From Candidatus Latescibacterota bacterium (GTDB taxonomy: Bacteria; Latescibacterota; UBA2968; UBA8231), in NCBI GenBank assembly GCA_965203355.1, contig OZ241889.1, forward strand, positions 1,600,001 through 1,664,000: a DNA stretch of 64,000 nucleotides. Direction: 5' to 3'. A program made the translations under genes and the position numbers. Under the pieces are notes generated by a model. It saw nothing but the letters and a program-made list of their open reading frames with translations. It searched no databases and was not told where the DNA came from. Below, piece by piece: positions 9,770 to 18,844 of this stretch (positions within the stretch are counted from its first letter, which is position 1; every line of letters begins with the position of its first letter).

Positions 9770-11329
9770 TTGCCGGGTTTTGTCGTCCTCCTAGTTGCTG
9801 CCGTCCTCGTCGCTTGCGGCCCAGAGGAACACCCGCAGCAGACCTTGGTTTTTGGTCGCGGCTCGGATTCGATCGGGTTAGATCCGGCGATTGAAAACGA
9901 CGGCGAATCGTTCAAGGTCTGCGACAACATCTACGAGACTTTGGTGACCTACGACAGGGAGAGCACGGCCGTGGTGCCGCAGCTTGCGCGTTCTTGGGAC
10001 ATTGCGGACGATCAGCTCACCTGGACCTTCCACTTGCGCTCGGGGATCCGCTTCCACGACGGCACCCCCTTCAACGCCGAGGCCATGCTGTTTTCGCTCG
10101 GGCGGCAGTTTGACAAAGAGCATCCCTTCCACGAGGTCACCGGCTCGTACAAATACTGGCAGGCCATGGGCATGGACGACATTGTCGCCGCGCTAGCAGC
10201 CCCGGACGACTCGACTTTTGTCATTCGCCTCAGAGAGCCTCACGCCCCCTTCTTGGCGAACTTGGCGATGAACTTCTGTTCGGCCGTGAGTCCCACGGCG
10301 GTGGCCCGTTACGGCCGCGATTACTTCAAAAACCCGGTCGGCACCGGCCCCTTTCGCTTTGTCGAATGGCGCAAAGACGAGCGCATCGTCTTGGAGCGCA
10401 ATCCCGATTACTGGGGCCCCGAGCCGCCGCTTGACCGCCTAATTTTCAAGCCCATTCAGGAAGGCTCGATGCGCTTCTTGGAGCTTTCGCAGGGCACTAT
10501 TCAAGGCTTCGACAACCTCAGCCCCGAGTACATTGAGCCGATCCGCGCCGATCCCAACCTCCACCTTTTGACCCAGGCGGGCATGAATATCGGCTACTTG
10601 GCCATGAACATGGACAAGAAGCCCTTCGACGATGTGCGAGTGCGCCGCGCCGTCAACCACGCTGTGGATAAGCAAGCATTGGTGGATAATTTTTACGAGG
10701 GCTTGGCCATGCCAGCCAAAAATCCCATCCCGCCGACCTTGTGGAGTTACAACGACGCGATTGTGGGCTATGGCTATGATCCGGCCCAAGCGCGGGCCTT
10801 GCTGGCCGAAGCCGGTTATGCCGATGGCTTTGAAACCGAGTTGTGGGCCATGCCGGTGCCGCGCCCCTATATGCCACAGCCTAGCAAGATCGCCGAGGCG
10901 ATTCAGGCCGACTTGGAAAAGGTGGGCATTCGCGCACGCATTGTGTCTTGGGAATGGGGGACGTACTTGGACAAGGTGTTCGATGGCCAGCACCAGATGG
11001 CCTTGTTGGGCTGGACCGGCGACAACGGCGACCCAGACAACTTCCTCTACGTGCTCCTCGATTCCACCGCGGCCGTCAAGCCAGCCCAGAACATCGCCTT
11101 CTACCGCAGTGCCGAGCTACACACTGTGCTCGTTGAGGCCCGGCGCTCGACCGATCGCCGCGTGCGCACGCGACTCTATGCCCAAGCGCAGGAGATCGTC
11201 CACCGGGACGCGCCTTGGGTGCCGCTAGTACACGCGACGCAAACCGTGGTTTTTCAGCGCCGCGTCACCGGTTTCAAGCTGCATCCCACAGGCAGCAAGT
11301 GGTTTCATAGTACCGCGCTGGCCCCTTGA
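9770..11329 (+). CDS. dppA: Peptide ABC transporter substrate-binding lipoprotein (DppA-like)
   Basis: Lipobox LVAC; SBP family 5 motifs (LARSWDI...TFHLRSGIRFHDG, GTGPF, WTGDNGDPDNF); TTG start uncertain. Confidence 0.9.
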   Translation: MPGFVVLLVAAVLVACGPEEHPQQTLVFGRGSDSIGLDPAIENDGESFKVCDNIYETLVTYDRESTAVVPQLARSWDIADDQLTWTFHLRSGIRFHDGTPFNAEAMLFSLGRQFDKEHPFHEVTGSYKYWQAMGMDDIVAALAAPDDSTFVIRLREPHAPFLANLAMNFCSAVSPTAVARYGRDYFKNPVGTGPFRFVEWRKDERIVLERNPDYWGPEPPLDRLIFKPIQEGSMRFLELSQGTIQGFDNLSPEYIEPIRADPNLHLLTQAGMNIGYLAMNMDKKPFDDVRVRRAVNHAVDKQALVDNFYEGLAMPAKNPIPPTLWSYNDAIVGYGYDPAQARALLAEAGYADGFETELWAMPVPRPYMPQPSKIAEAIQADLEKVGIRARIVSWEWGTYLDKVFDGQHQMALLGWTGDNGDPDNFLYVLLDSTAAVKPAQNIAFYRSAELHTVLVEARRSTDRRVRTRLYAQAQEIVHRDAPWVPLVHATQTVVFQRRVTGFKLHPTGSKWFHSTALAP

Positions 11330-11332
11330 GCC

Positions 11333-12343
11333 ATGTACCGCTTTGTCCTCCGGCGGCTCATCGCGTTCTTGCCGACGCTGGCGGGGATTTCGCTTTTGGT
11401 TTTTCTGATGCTCCACTTGGTGCCGGGCGACCCGGCCCAGGTCATGCTCGGGGAGCGCGCCAATGCCGAGAGCTTGGCGGAGTTGCGTGCGACCCTGGGC
11501 CTCGACCAGCCCTTTCACGTGCAGTTCTACCGCTTCTTCACTGGCCTGTTGAGCGGCGATCTCGGCCGCTCGATTCGCACTCACGAGAAGATTACCACTG
11601 AACTCGTCCAGCGCTTCCCGGCCACGTGCGAGCTAACCTTGGCCAGTATGCTGCTGGCTATGACGATCGGCATCTCGGCTGGCTTGTGGGCTGCGGTGCG
11701 GCGGGGCAAGATCGCCGATCTGCTCAGCATGATCTTGGCCACGGCCGGCATTTCCATTCCCGTGTTTTGGCTGGCTCTGATGCTGGTGCTGCTGTTGGCC
11801 TTTTACGTGCCGATCTTTCCGGTGTCCGGCCGCTTGAGTACGCATATCTACTTTGAGCCGATTACCTATTTCTACGTGATCGACACCCTCGTACAGGGCG
11901 ATTTTGCGGCCTGCGGCGACGCGCTGTGGCACCTCTTCCTGCCAGCTCTGACTTTGGGGACCATTCCCATGGCTGTGATTGCGCGCATGACCCGCGCTAG
12001 CCTGCTCGACGTCCTCGGCGAGGACTACATCCGCACGGCGTGGGCCAAGGGCTTGCGGCGGCGGGTGGTGATTGTGCGCCACGCCCTGAAGAACGCCTTC
12101 ATCCCCACGCTTACGATCATTGCCCTCCAATTCGGCTACCTGCTCGGGGGCGCGGTTATCACCGAGACTATTTTCGCTTGGCCGGGGGTGGGACGCTGGC
12201 TCTTTTTGGCGGTGCAGGCACGCGACTTCCGCGCTGTGCAGGGCGGGGTTTTGCTGTTGGCCACGGTCTTTGTGTTGGCCAACCTCATCGCCGACCTGCT
12301 CTACGCTTGGCTGGATCCGCGGATACGCTACGACGAGGAATAA
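11333..12343 (+). CDS. dppB: Peptide ABC transporter permease (DppB-like)
   Basis: PGDPA, GDLGRS, DYIRTAWAKGL loop, LDPRIR C-terminus. Confidence 0.92.
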   Translation: MYRFVLRRLIAFLPTLAGISLLVFLMLHLVPGDPAQVMLGERANAESLAELRATLGLDQPFHVQFYRFFTGLLSGDLGRSIRTHEKITTELVQRFPATCELTLASMLLAMTIGISAGLWAAVRRGKIADLLSMILATAGISIPVFWLALMLVLLLAFYVPIFPVSGRLSTHIYFEPITYFYVIDTLVQGDFAACGDALWHLFLPALTLGTIPMAVIARMTRASLLDVLGEDYIRTAWAKGLRRRVVIVRHALKNAFIPTLTIIALQFGYLLGGAVITETIFAWPGVGRWLFLAVQARDFRAVQGGVLLLATVFVLANLIADLLYAWLDPRIRYDEE

Positions 12344-12385
12344 AAATACCTGCGCCGGAACCGATCCCGGCTTTTTGCGATCGGC

Positions 12386-15283
12386 TCAAAATCCTTGGAG
12401 ATTAACCACCCATTCATAGCGCGAATCCCCTTCCTCAAAGCGGTAGGCGTAGCGCATGCCCATATCGAGTGGGATCGACTGTGAAAAAGGATGGAAATTA
12501 GCCGTCAGTTCGGCCCCGGCCGTTTGGTAGATTTTGGGAGGTTGCGCCTGGTCCTCACCCCGAGCGTAATCGCAAAAGAGGTTGACCTTGACGCGCTGGA
12601 GGTACACTAGCGCCCCCAAGTTCCAGTCTGGGTACGACAGCGGCAGCGCATAGTTGGCCGCCCCTTGGTAGAAGCGCTGGTGAAACTCGTAGTCGTAGCC
12701 GCGGATAAAGGGCTGTTCGCTTGCAAAGCGGTAGGGAAGGGCATCGGCCCCGGCTGGGTCCTGCCACTCGTAACCACCCGCTAGCTGTAGGCTGTGGTGG
12801 GCCGTCAGTCCGGGAAAGAGCAACCCCAATCGCCCCGACAGCAAGGTGCCGTCGTAGTCGCCGGCAAAGGGCGTGTGGCGGTAGATTAGCTGTAGGCTCT
12901 GACCCCAAGCCGGGGCCAGATCGCGGTGGGCTGGGTGGCGCGCCCGCCCGAAAGTTAGTTGGTACGTCAGCGGCGCAAAGCGTCCGTTGTGGTTTTCTGT
13001 CAACACGCCTTGTATTGCTTGGTTGACACTGCTTGAGTCGGGCCAAAAGAGGTCATCTTCGGGCCGGTTGAGGGCATCCCTACTGTCGATGTCGGCCCAT
13101 TCTGCCTTTGCACTCAAATAGACGAAAGACTGCCACGGGCCGCGAGAAAAATTCAAGGGCAATTCAACGCCAGCACTTAGGCTCTTTTCAGTCCACTTGT
13201 CCGTTTTGACCTTGAGGCTGTCGCCTTCTGTTGATCTCGTTTTGATCTTGTAGTCTCCGACCCGCTCGCCCCAGCGCCCGCCGACGCTGAAGATGGGATA
13301 CCACGCCGCGAGGCTAAAATCGCCCACGGCGCTGAAGGCACGCTCGTTGTGGTTGTATTCGACTCCGCCCTGTACGCTGCTGAGATTGAGCAAATCGCTG
13401 GACGTGAGACTGAGGGCATAGCGCGGCGGCAAGGGACTGTAAGACCAGCTGTGAACCCTGAGCAGATGGCCCAGCGGCCGATAGCCGCTCACCGGATAGA
13501 TCCGCTGTGGGATGTCGGCTAACACCGGGCCGCCCTGCTCTTGGGCGATCAGCGGTTCGTAATAGCGCACTTGGCGGTCTGCGACCTGCTCAATCGGCGT
13601 CCAAGTCGCCGGGTCTAAGGGCATGACCGCGATGCGGTAGCCATCAACGGTGTACTCTTGAAACAGAAGCGAATCGCCGGACACGGCCGCGTGGATTGCG
13701 GCCAGCGGTCGCGAGGTCACTTGGTAGCGCGCCCCGCTCGTCAGATGGACCGCGTGGATGTTGTCAATCCCCCCATAGGGCGAGTCGAACAGCAGGTAGG
13801 AATCCCAGAAAACCGGCCCGCCTATATCGTCGTGCGTGTGCGGCAGCACGATCTGCCCTTGGCCCTTGGTCGCGTCAATGCGCTCGATGGCATTGCCGAG
13901 TGTATCCTGCCGCACCACGGCGATATAGCGCCCGTCCGCCGACCACGCTGGGGTGCGCCACAAGACCCCGTCGGGTGCTGAGAAACGGGCTTGCTCGGCA
14001 CCACTGGCGGTCTCCAACAGCACCAAGTGACAGCGCCGGTCCGGGCCGAATTCAACGGCGGCGATGCGCGTGCCATCAGCAGAAGGAGTCGGGGCGAACA
14101 GCTTGGCCTTGTGGGTGAGTTGGCGCGTCTGGCCGCTGTTGATGTCGAGCACCATCACATCGGAATAGTCGCGAAAGCCCCAGCGCCGGTCCGGGGTAGA
14201 GCGGTTCCAAGCTACTTTATCGCCGCCCACGCGGATGCTGCCAAGCGATTGGTAAAAGCGCGTGCGTTCCTCGCGGCCGGTGGGGTATAGTCGCACCAGC
14301 GTTGCCGGGTCGGCCAAGCCGCTTTTGCTCGCCAGTACGCTGCCGTCAGCGAGCGGTTGTGGGTGTTGGTAGTTGGTCCAGATGCCCGACCGGCTCTGCC
14401 CGGCGAGCACCCGGGCCCGCGTCGTGGGCAGGTCTTTTTGCTGGGTCTGCCACAGCTCGGTCAGCTCGTCCATCGTCTGCTCGTAGGTCTGGGCGGTGCT
14501 GGCTCCAGTGTACTTCTTGAGTGCCCGGCTAAAGGCAAAGGGGTGGAACCCCCACCTCGCGGTGCGGCCTAGCACCTTGTCCCAGATCTCCGGCCCATAG
14601 CGGCGCTTGACGTAGGTCGTCATAAAATACCCCAGCGAGTAGTGATCCGGGGACCAATCGCGGTACGAGCGGTGGTAGGCCTTGTAATAGGAATAGCGCC
14701 GTCCCGCCAAAAGCAGTGCCCGGATGTCCAGAGCAAACCGGGGTACGCGCCCCCGTCCGGTTTCGCTCAGCGCCGTCTCGACCCCCACGGCATCCCCCTC
14801 CCAAAACCACGATGGCACCAATAGGGCACTCGCCGCGGCTTGGCCCTGTTCGCCGGACAGGAGCCACGCTAGGCGGACGAGGCCCCGGCGCATGCGGTCG
14901 AATTGCACCACGTGCCGCATCTCGTGGACTGCCAGCAACTGGTACCACTCGCCGCTGAGTAGCCCCGCGTTTTGGGGCGGGGTGCTGAACCACACGCTGC
15001 GGCGCGGTGCCAAGGCGACAAAGCCGTTGGGCTGAGTCAGTTGGTTGACCAACACCACATCGAGCGGCTTGTGCGGCCCCTGCAGTGTTTTGGCGACCGG
15101 GCCGTAAATGTGTTCGAGCGTATTGGCTACCCGTTGGGCATCGGCGGTGATTGCCGCGGGGAAAACGACTTTGAATTGCTCGGTTTGGATCTGTCGCCAG
15201 TCCAAGCCGGGGGGGTTTTGCTGCGCGATCAACGGACCGGCGATCCCCGCCGCCAGTGCGACGGCTTTTAGCATTTTGGGCAT
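12386..15283 (-). CDS. Large exported protein: zincin-like N-domain, TolB-like beta-propeller and probable Omp85-like C-terminal barrel
   Basis: Signal peptide after a GAGGAG SD (start GTG 15286 or ATG 15283); HEMRH plus WFWEGDA; PTPSADG and PAWSADG repeats; IRGY...ANYALPL and terminal Phe. Confidence 0.75.
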   Translation of the reverse strand: MPKMLKAVALAAGIAGPLIAQQNPPGLDWRQIQTEQFKVVFPAAITADAQRVANTLEHIYGPVAKTLQGPHKPLDVVLVNQLTQPNGFVALAPRRSVWFSTPPQNAGLLSGEWYQLLAVHEMRHVVQFDRMRRGLVRLAWLLSGEQGQAAASALLVPSWFWEGDAVGVETALSETGRGRVPRFALDIRALLLAGRRYSYYKAYHRSYRDWSPDHYSLGYFMTTYVKRRYGPEIWDKVLGRTARWGFHPFAFSRALKKYTGASTAQTYEQTMDELTELWQTQQKDLPTTRARVLAGQSRSGIWTNYQHPQPLADGSVLASKSGLADPATLVRLYPTGREERTRFYQSLGSIRVGGDKVAWNRSTPDRRWGFRDYSDVMVLDINSGQTRQLTHKAKLFAPTPSADGTRIAAVEFGPDRRCHLVLLETASGAEQARFSAPDGVLWRTPAWSADGRYIAVVRQDTLGNAIERIDATKGQGQIVLPHTHDDIGGPVFWDSYLLFDSPYGGIDNIHAVHLTSGARYQVTSRPLAAIHAAVSGDSLLFQEYTVDGYRIAVMPLDPATWTPIEQVADRQVRYYEPLIAQEQGGPVLADIPQRIYPVSGYRPLGHLLRVHSWSYSPLPPRYALSLTSSDLLNLSSVQGGVEYNHNERAFSAVGDFSLAAWYPIFSVGGRWGERVGDYKIKTRSTEGDSLKVKTDKWTEKSLSAGVELPLNFSRGPWQSFVYLSAKAEWADIDSRDALNRPEDDLFWPDSSSVNQAIQGVLTENHNGRFAPLTYQLTFGRARHPAHRDLAPAWGQSLQLIYRHTPFAGDYDGTLLSGRLGLLFPGLTAHHSLQLAGGYEWQDPAGADALPYRFASEQPFIRGYDYEFHQRFYQGAANYALPLSYPDWNLGALVYLQRVKVNLFCDYARGEDQAQPPKIYQTAGAELTANFHPFSQSIPLDMGMRYAYRFEEGDSRYEWVVNLQGF

Positions 15284-15324
15284 CACATTCGCTCTCCTCG
15301 ATGACAGTTGGTGAAACATGCTTA

Positions 15325-15469
15325 GAAGCGTTTTTAAAATTATTCTTATTGTTTTTTGAGCCCCAAAAAGTGCCTAGTAGTAATGGAGTCTCGCCCGCGG
15401 AAAACGCCCGATCCAGGAACCTCTCGACTGCCCGTTGAAAAAGTCCGACGAGAATTTTAAAAAGGCTTC
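15325..15469. mobile_element. MITE copy 1 (~145 bp), IS5/PIF-Harbinger-like ends
   Basis: 17-bp TIRs GAAGCGTTTTTAAAATT / AATTTTAAAAAGGCTTC (16/17 match), TTA on both sides (15322-24 and 15470-72), no transposase. Confidence 0.8.
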
Positions 15470-15564
15470 TTAGGTAGGGCGGGCATTTGCGACTGAAGAG
15501 GTAGGATACAGCACGTGCTCCACGCTTGACTCGACCCCACATTCGTCACACACGTACGCTCCCG

Positions 15565-15612
15565 AAAAATAAAAAAGTGGAGGCAACGAACAAAGCCGTT
15601 ACCTCCACTTTT
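15565..15612 (-). terminator. Rho-independent terminator downstream of the spondin gene
   Basis: AAAAGTGGAGG(T/C)AACG stem with short loop, followed by a U-rich tail on the minus strand. Confidence 0.75.
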
Positions 15613-15651
15613 CGCGTTTAACAGTGCCTATGTCGCTGGCACTGCGTTATC

Positions 15652-18600
15652 TCAGCCACCCAAGCCTTCGGCGGTGATGGTGATGTGTACGATGTCAGTC
15701 ACGGCCGGATAGGTGAACCCATCGTCGACTAAGCGCACCGTGCCGCCTTCGTCCGCGCCAGTGTTGGCCGCGGCCTGACGCGGTGCTTGGTGCTCGCCCA
15801 CGCCCGGCTCCTCATTGACTTCCGTACCGGCATCCCACAGCCTGATATGATCGGTGATGTCGCCACTGATAGGCAGGCCATCGTCGGCGAACAGGGCAAT
15901 GCCAGTGTCGCCGGGTGCCAAGAACAGGTCGTTGGATTGCACGTACATGGTGGCGAAAGACAGCCGGTCGCCGGGACGCGCGACAAAGGTGAACTCATAG
16001 GCGTGGTCTGGCGTCAGCGGTCCGGGGCCGTCGGCTCCTACGGGCGTGTTGAAAACCCCGCTGTTTCCCGGTAGGTGCGCGGCTAGCTCGGCGGGATTGC
16101 CGTCTTCGGCGAGTGCTTCGAGTCCGGCGCCGCGATCAGGATAACCACGGATGAACAGGGGCGTTCCACCGCGTTGGGCAACCCACGCGCCGGGCGCGAG
16201 GAGAGTGCCGAGGTTTTCGATCCGCACGGTGAATTGTGCTGGAGGGCGCGGTTCCTCCAAGCCAGCCGCCTCATCGGAAGATAAGGTCCGCTCGGAAGTG
16301 ACGAGCCCGTCAGAAGTGTCGTCGCTGTCCATGTCTCCGTCGCCGTCCATATCGCCGTCGCCGTCCATGTCGCCGTCGCTGTCCATATCGCCGTCGCCGT
16401 CCATATCGCCGTCGCCGTCCATGTCTCCGTCGCCGTCCATATCGCCGTCGCCGTCCATATCGCCGTCGCCGTCCATATCGCCGTCGCCGTCCATGTCTCC
16501 GTCGCCGTCCATGTCTCCGTCGCCGTCCATATCGCCGTCGCCGTCCATATCGCCGTCGCCGTCCATGTCTCCGTCGCCGTCCATGTCTCCGTCGCCGTCC
16601 ATGTCTCCGTCGCCGTCCATATCGCCATCGCCGTCCATATCGCCGTCGCCGTCCATATCGCCGTCGCCGTCCATATCGCCGTCGCCGTCCATGTCTCCGT
16701 CGCCGTCCATGTCTCCGTCGCCGTCCATGTCGCCGTCCATGTCGCTGTCGCCGCACACACCGCCTATGGAGGTGACGGTGACGCTTACGATGTCGGTCAC
16801 GGCCGGATAGGTGAACCCATCGTTGACTAAGCGCACCGTGCCGCCTTCGTCCGCGCCGGTGTTGGCCGCGGCCTGACGCGGTGCTTGGTGCTCGCCCACG
16901 CCCGGCTCCTCATTGACTTCCGTACCGGCATCCCACAGCCTGATATGATCGGTAACGTCGCAACTGATGGGCTGGCCGTCGGCGGTGAACAGGGCAAGGC
17001 CAGTGTCGCCGGGTGCTAAGAACAGGTCGTTGGATTGCACGTACATGGTGGCGAAAGACAGCCGGTCGCCGGGACGAGCGACAAAGGTGAACTCATAGGC
17101 GTGGTCTGGCGTCAGCGGTCCGGGGCCGTCGGCTCCTACGGGCGTGTTGAAAACCCCGCTGTTTCCCGGTAGGTGCGCGGCTAGCTCGGCGGGATTGCCG
17201 TCTTCGGCGAGTGCTTCGAGTCCGGCGCCGCGATCAGGATAACCACGGATGAACAGGGGCGTTCCACCGCGTTGGGCAACCCACGCGCCGGGCGCGAGGA
17301 GAGTGCCGAGGTTTTCGATCCGCACGGTGAATTCTACTCGAGGGCGCGGTTCCTCCAAGCCAGCCGCCTCATCGGAAGATAAGGTCCGCTCGGAAGTGTC
17401 GAGCCCATCAGAAGTGTCGTCTCCGTCGGTGTCTCCATCGCCGTCGGTGTCTCCATCGCCGTCGGTGTCTCCGTCTCCGTCCATGTCGCCGTCTCCGTCG
17501 GTATCTCCGTCTCCGTCGGTGTCTCCATCGCCGTCGGTGTCTCCATCGCCGTCGGTGTCTCCATCGCCATCCATGCCGGCTGTTTTCGGATAAACGCCCG
17601 ACCCGATGGCTAAATCCCGCCCCAATACACTGAGCGGAGCGGCATAGCTTACCTTCGGCGAACTGCGGTCTTCGTCGCCTTCTACGCTCGGATCATCCCA
17701 TAGGTACTCGACAAAGCCGCCGCCATTGGCCACCTGCGCGAGGAGCTCTTGGGTGATCTTGACCCCATTGAGGTCTTCAAGGTCGATCAGGTTTTGGCCT
17801 TCGAGACTTGGATCTTCTCCGTGAAAAATCATGTTGCCTTGCAAATCGGAGACGAATAAATAAATCGAACCGCTTTTCCACTGGCCTTCCGTGCGGAAGG
17901 TTTCAAAAGCCGCTAAAACCTCTTCGTCCGTGAGTGCTTCCAACATCGCTTTGGCCCGCAAGACAAATGCCGCTAACGTCTCCCGATCGACGGCGGTGGC
18001 GGCTGTTATGGTGCGGTCCATGTCGCTGTCGCTTTTATCTATGAACGCACCGCCTATGGAAGTGACGGTGACGCTTACGATGTCGGTCACGGCCGGATAG
18101 GTGAACTCATCGTCGACTAAGCGCACCGTGCCGCCTTCGTCCGCGCCGGTGTTGGCCGCGGCCTGACGCGGTGCTTGGTGCTCGCCTACGCCCGGCTCCT
18201 CATTGACTTCCGTACCGGCATCCCACAGCCCGATCTGATCGGTAATGTCGCCACTTATCGGCAGGCCATTGTCGGCGAACAGGGCAATGCCAGTGTCGCC
18301 GGGTGCCAAGAACAGGTCGTTGGATTGTACGTACATGGTGGCGAAAGACAGTCGGTCGCCGGGCCGCGCGACAAAGGTGAACTCATAGGCGTGGTCTGGC
18401 GTCAGCGGCCCGGGGCCGTCGGCTCCCACGGGCGTGTTGAAAATCCCGCTGTTGGGATAGAGGTGTGCGGCTAGCTCGGCGGGATTGCCGTCTTCGGCGA
18501 GGGCTTCGAGTCCGGCGCCGCGATCGCGCCGACCATTGATGAACAGAGGCGTTCCACCGCGTTGGGCAACCCACGCGCCGGGCGCGAGGAGGGTGCCGAG

Positions 18601-18771
18601 GTTTTCGATCCGCACGGTGAATTGCGCGGCCACTCGCGGCTCAGGCAGGCCAGAGGCCGCATCGGAAGAGGTCGTCACCTTGCCCGCTGGGCTAGCCGAG
18701 GATAGGGGATCTCGGTCTGCACAGGCGGCGAACAAAACGGCCCCAATGCAGACAGCGTAAAGCAGTTTCAT
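15652..18771 (-). CDS. Lipoprotein with three spondin (F-spondin N-like) domains, a single Cache domain and acidic Gly-Asp repeat linkers
   Basis: Lipobox LFAAC; three copies of GLEALAEDGNP...LSFATMYVQSNDLF...LWDAGTEVNEEPG; Cache-like YLFVSD...DLEDLNG...GGGFVEYLW...PKVSYA; AGGAG SD. Confidence 0.85.
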   Translation of the reverse strand: MKLLYAVCIGAVLFAACADRDPLSSASPAGKVTTSSDAASGLPEPRVAAQFTVRIENLGTLLAPGAWVAQRGGTPLFINGRRDRGAGLEALAEDGNPAELAAHLYPNSGIFNTPVGADGPGPLTPDHAYEFTFVARPGDRLSFATMYVQSNDLFLAPGDTGIALFADNGLPISGDITDQIGLWDAGTEVNEEPGVGEHQAPRQAAANTGADEGGTVRLVDDEFTYPAVTDIVSVTVTSIGGAFIDKSDSDMDRTITAATAVDRETLAAFVLRAKAMLEALTDEEVLAAFETFRTEGQWKSGSIYLFVSDLQGNMIFHGEDPSLEGQNLIDLEDLNGVKITQELLAQVANGGGFVEYLWDDPSVEGDEDRSSPKVSYAAPLSVLGRDLAIGSGVYPKTAGMDGDGDTDGDGDTDGDGDTDGDGDTDGDGDMDGDGDTDGDGDTDGDGDTDGDDTSDGLDTSERTLSSDEAAGLEEPRPRVEFTVRIENLGTLLAPGAWVAQRGGTPLFIRGYPDRGAGLEALAEDGNPAELAAHLPGNSGVFNTPVGADGPGPLTPDHAYEFTFVARPGDRLSFATMYVQSNDLFLAPGDTGLALFTADGQPISCDVTDHIRLWDAGTEVNEEPGVGEHQAPRQAAANTGADEGGTVRLVNDGFTYPAVTDIVSVTVTSIGGVCGDSDMDGDMDGDGDMDGDGDMDGDGDMDGDGDMDGDGDMDGDGDMDGDGDMDGDGDMDGDGDMDGDGDMDGDGDMDGDGDMDGDGDMDGDGDMDGDGDMDGDGDMDGDGDMDGDGDMDGDGDMDSDGDMDGDGDMDGDGDMDSDDTSDGLVTSERTLSSDEAAGLEEPRPPAQFTVRIENLGTLLAPGAWVAQRGGTPLFIRGYPDRGAGLEALAEDGNPAELAAHLPGNSGVFNTPVGADGPGPLTPDHAYEFTFVARPGDRLSFATMYVQSNDLFLAPGDTGIALFADDGLPISGDITDHIRLWDAGTEVNEEPGVGEHQAPRQAAANTGADEGGTVRLVDDGFTYPAVTDIVHITITAEGLGG
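16325..16745. repeat. 18-bp tandem array encoding (DMDGDG)n, about 23 units
   Basis: GTCGCCGTCCAT(ATCG/GTCT)CC repeated, with two synonymous unit variants interspersed. Confidence 0.95.
17420..17575. repeat. 18-bp tandem array encoding (DTDGDG)n, about 9 units
   Basis: CCGTCGGTGTCTCCATCG repeated. Confidence 0.92.
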
Positions 18772-18844
18772 GGAAAATTCTCCTGAAAAGGGTTTGTGGA
18801 ACTCTACCTACTTAGAATTTAATAAAGTTTCAAAGATCGTCGCA

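Noticed and set aside
16083-16810. Protamine-like (GRRRRH/Y)n, (WTATA)n and (SPSPSM)n ORFs
   Set aside because: These are alternative frames of the 18-bp array. The DGDGDM frame is continuous with the spondin gene, and the others have no independent start or context.
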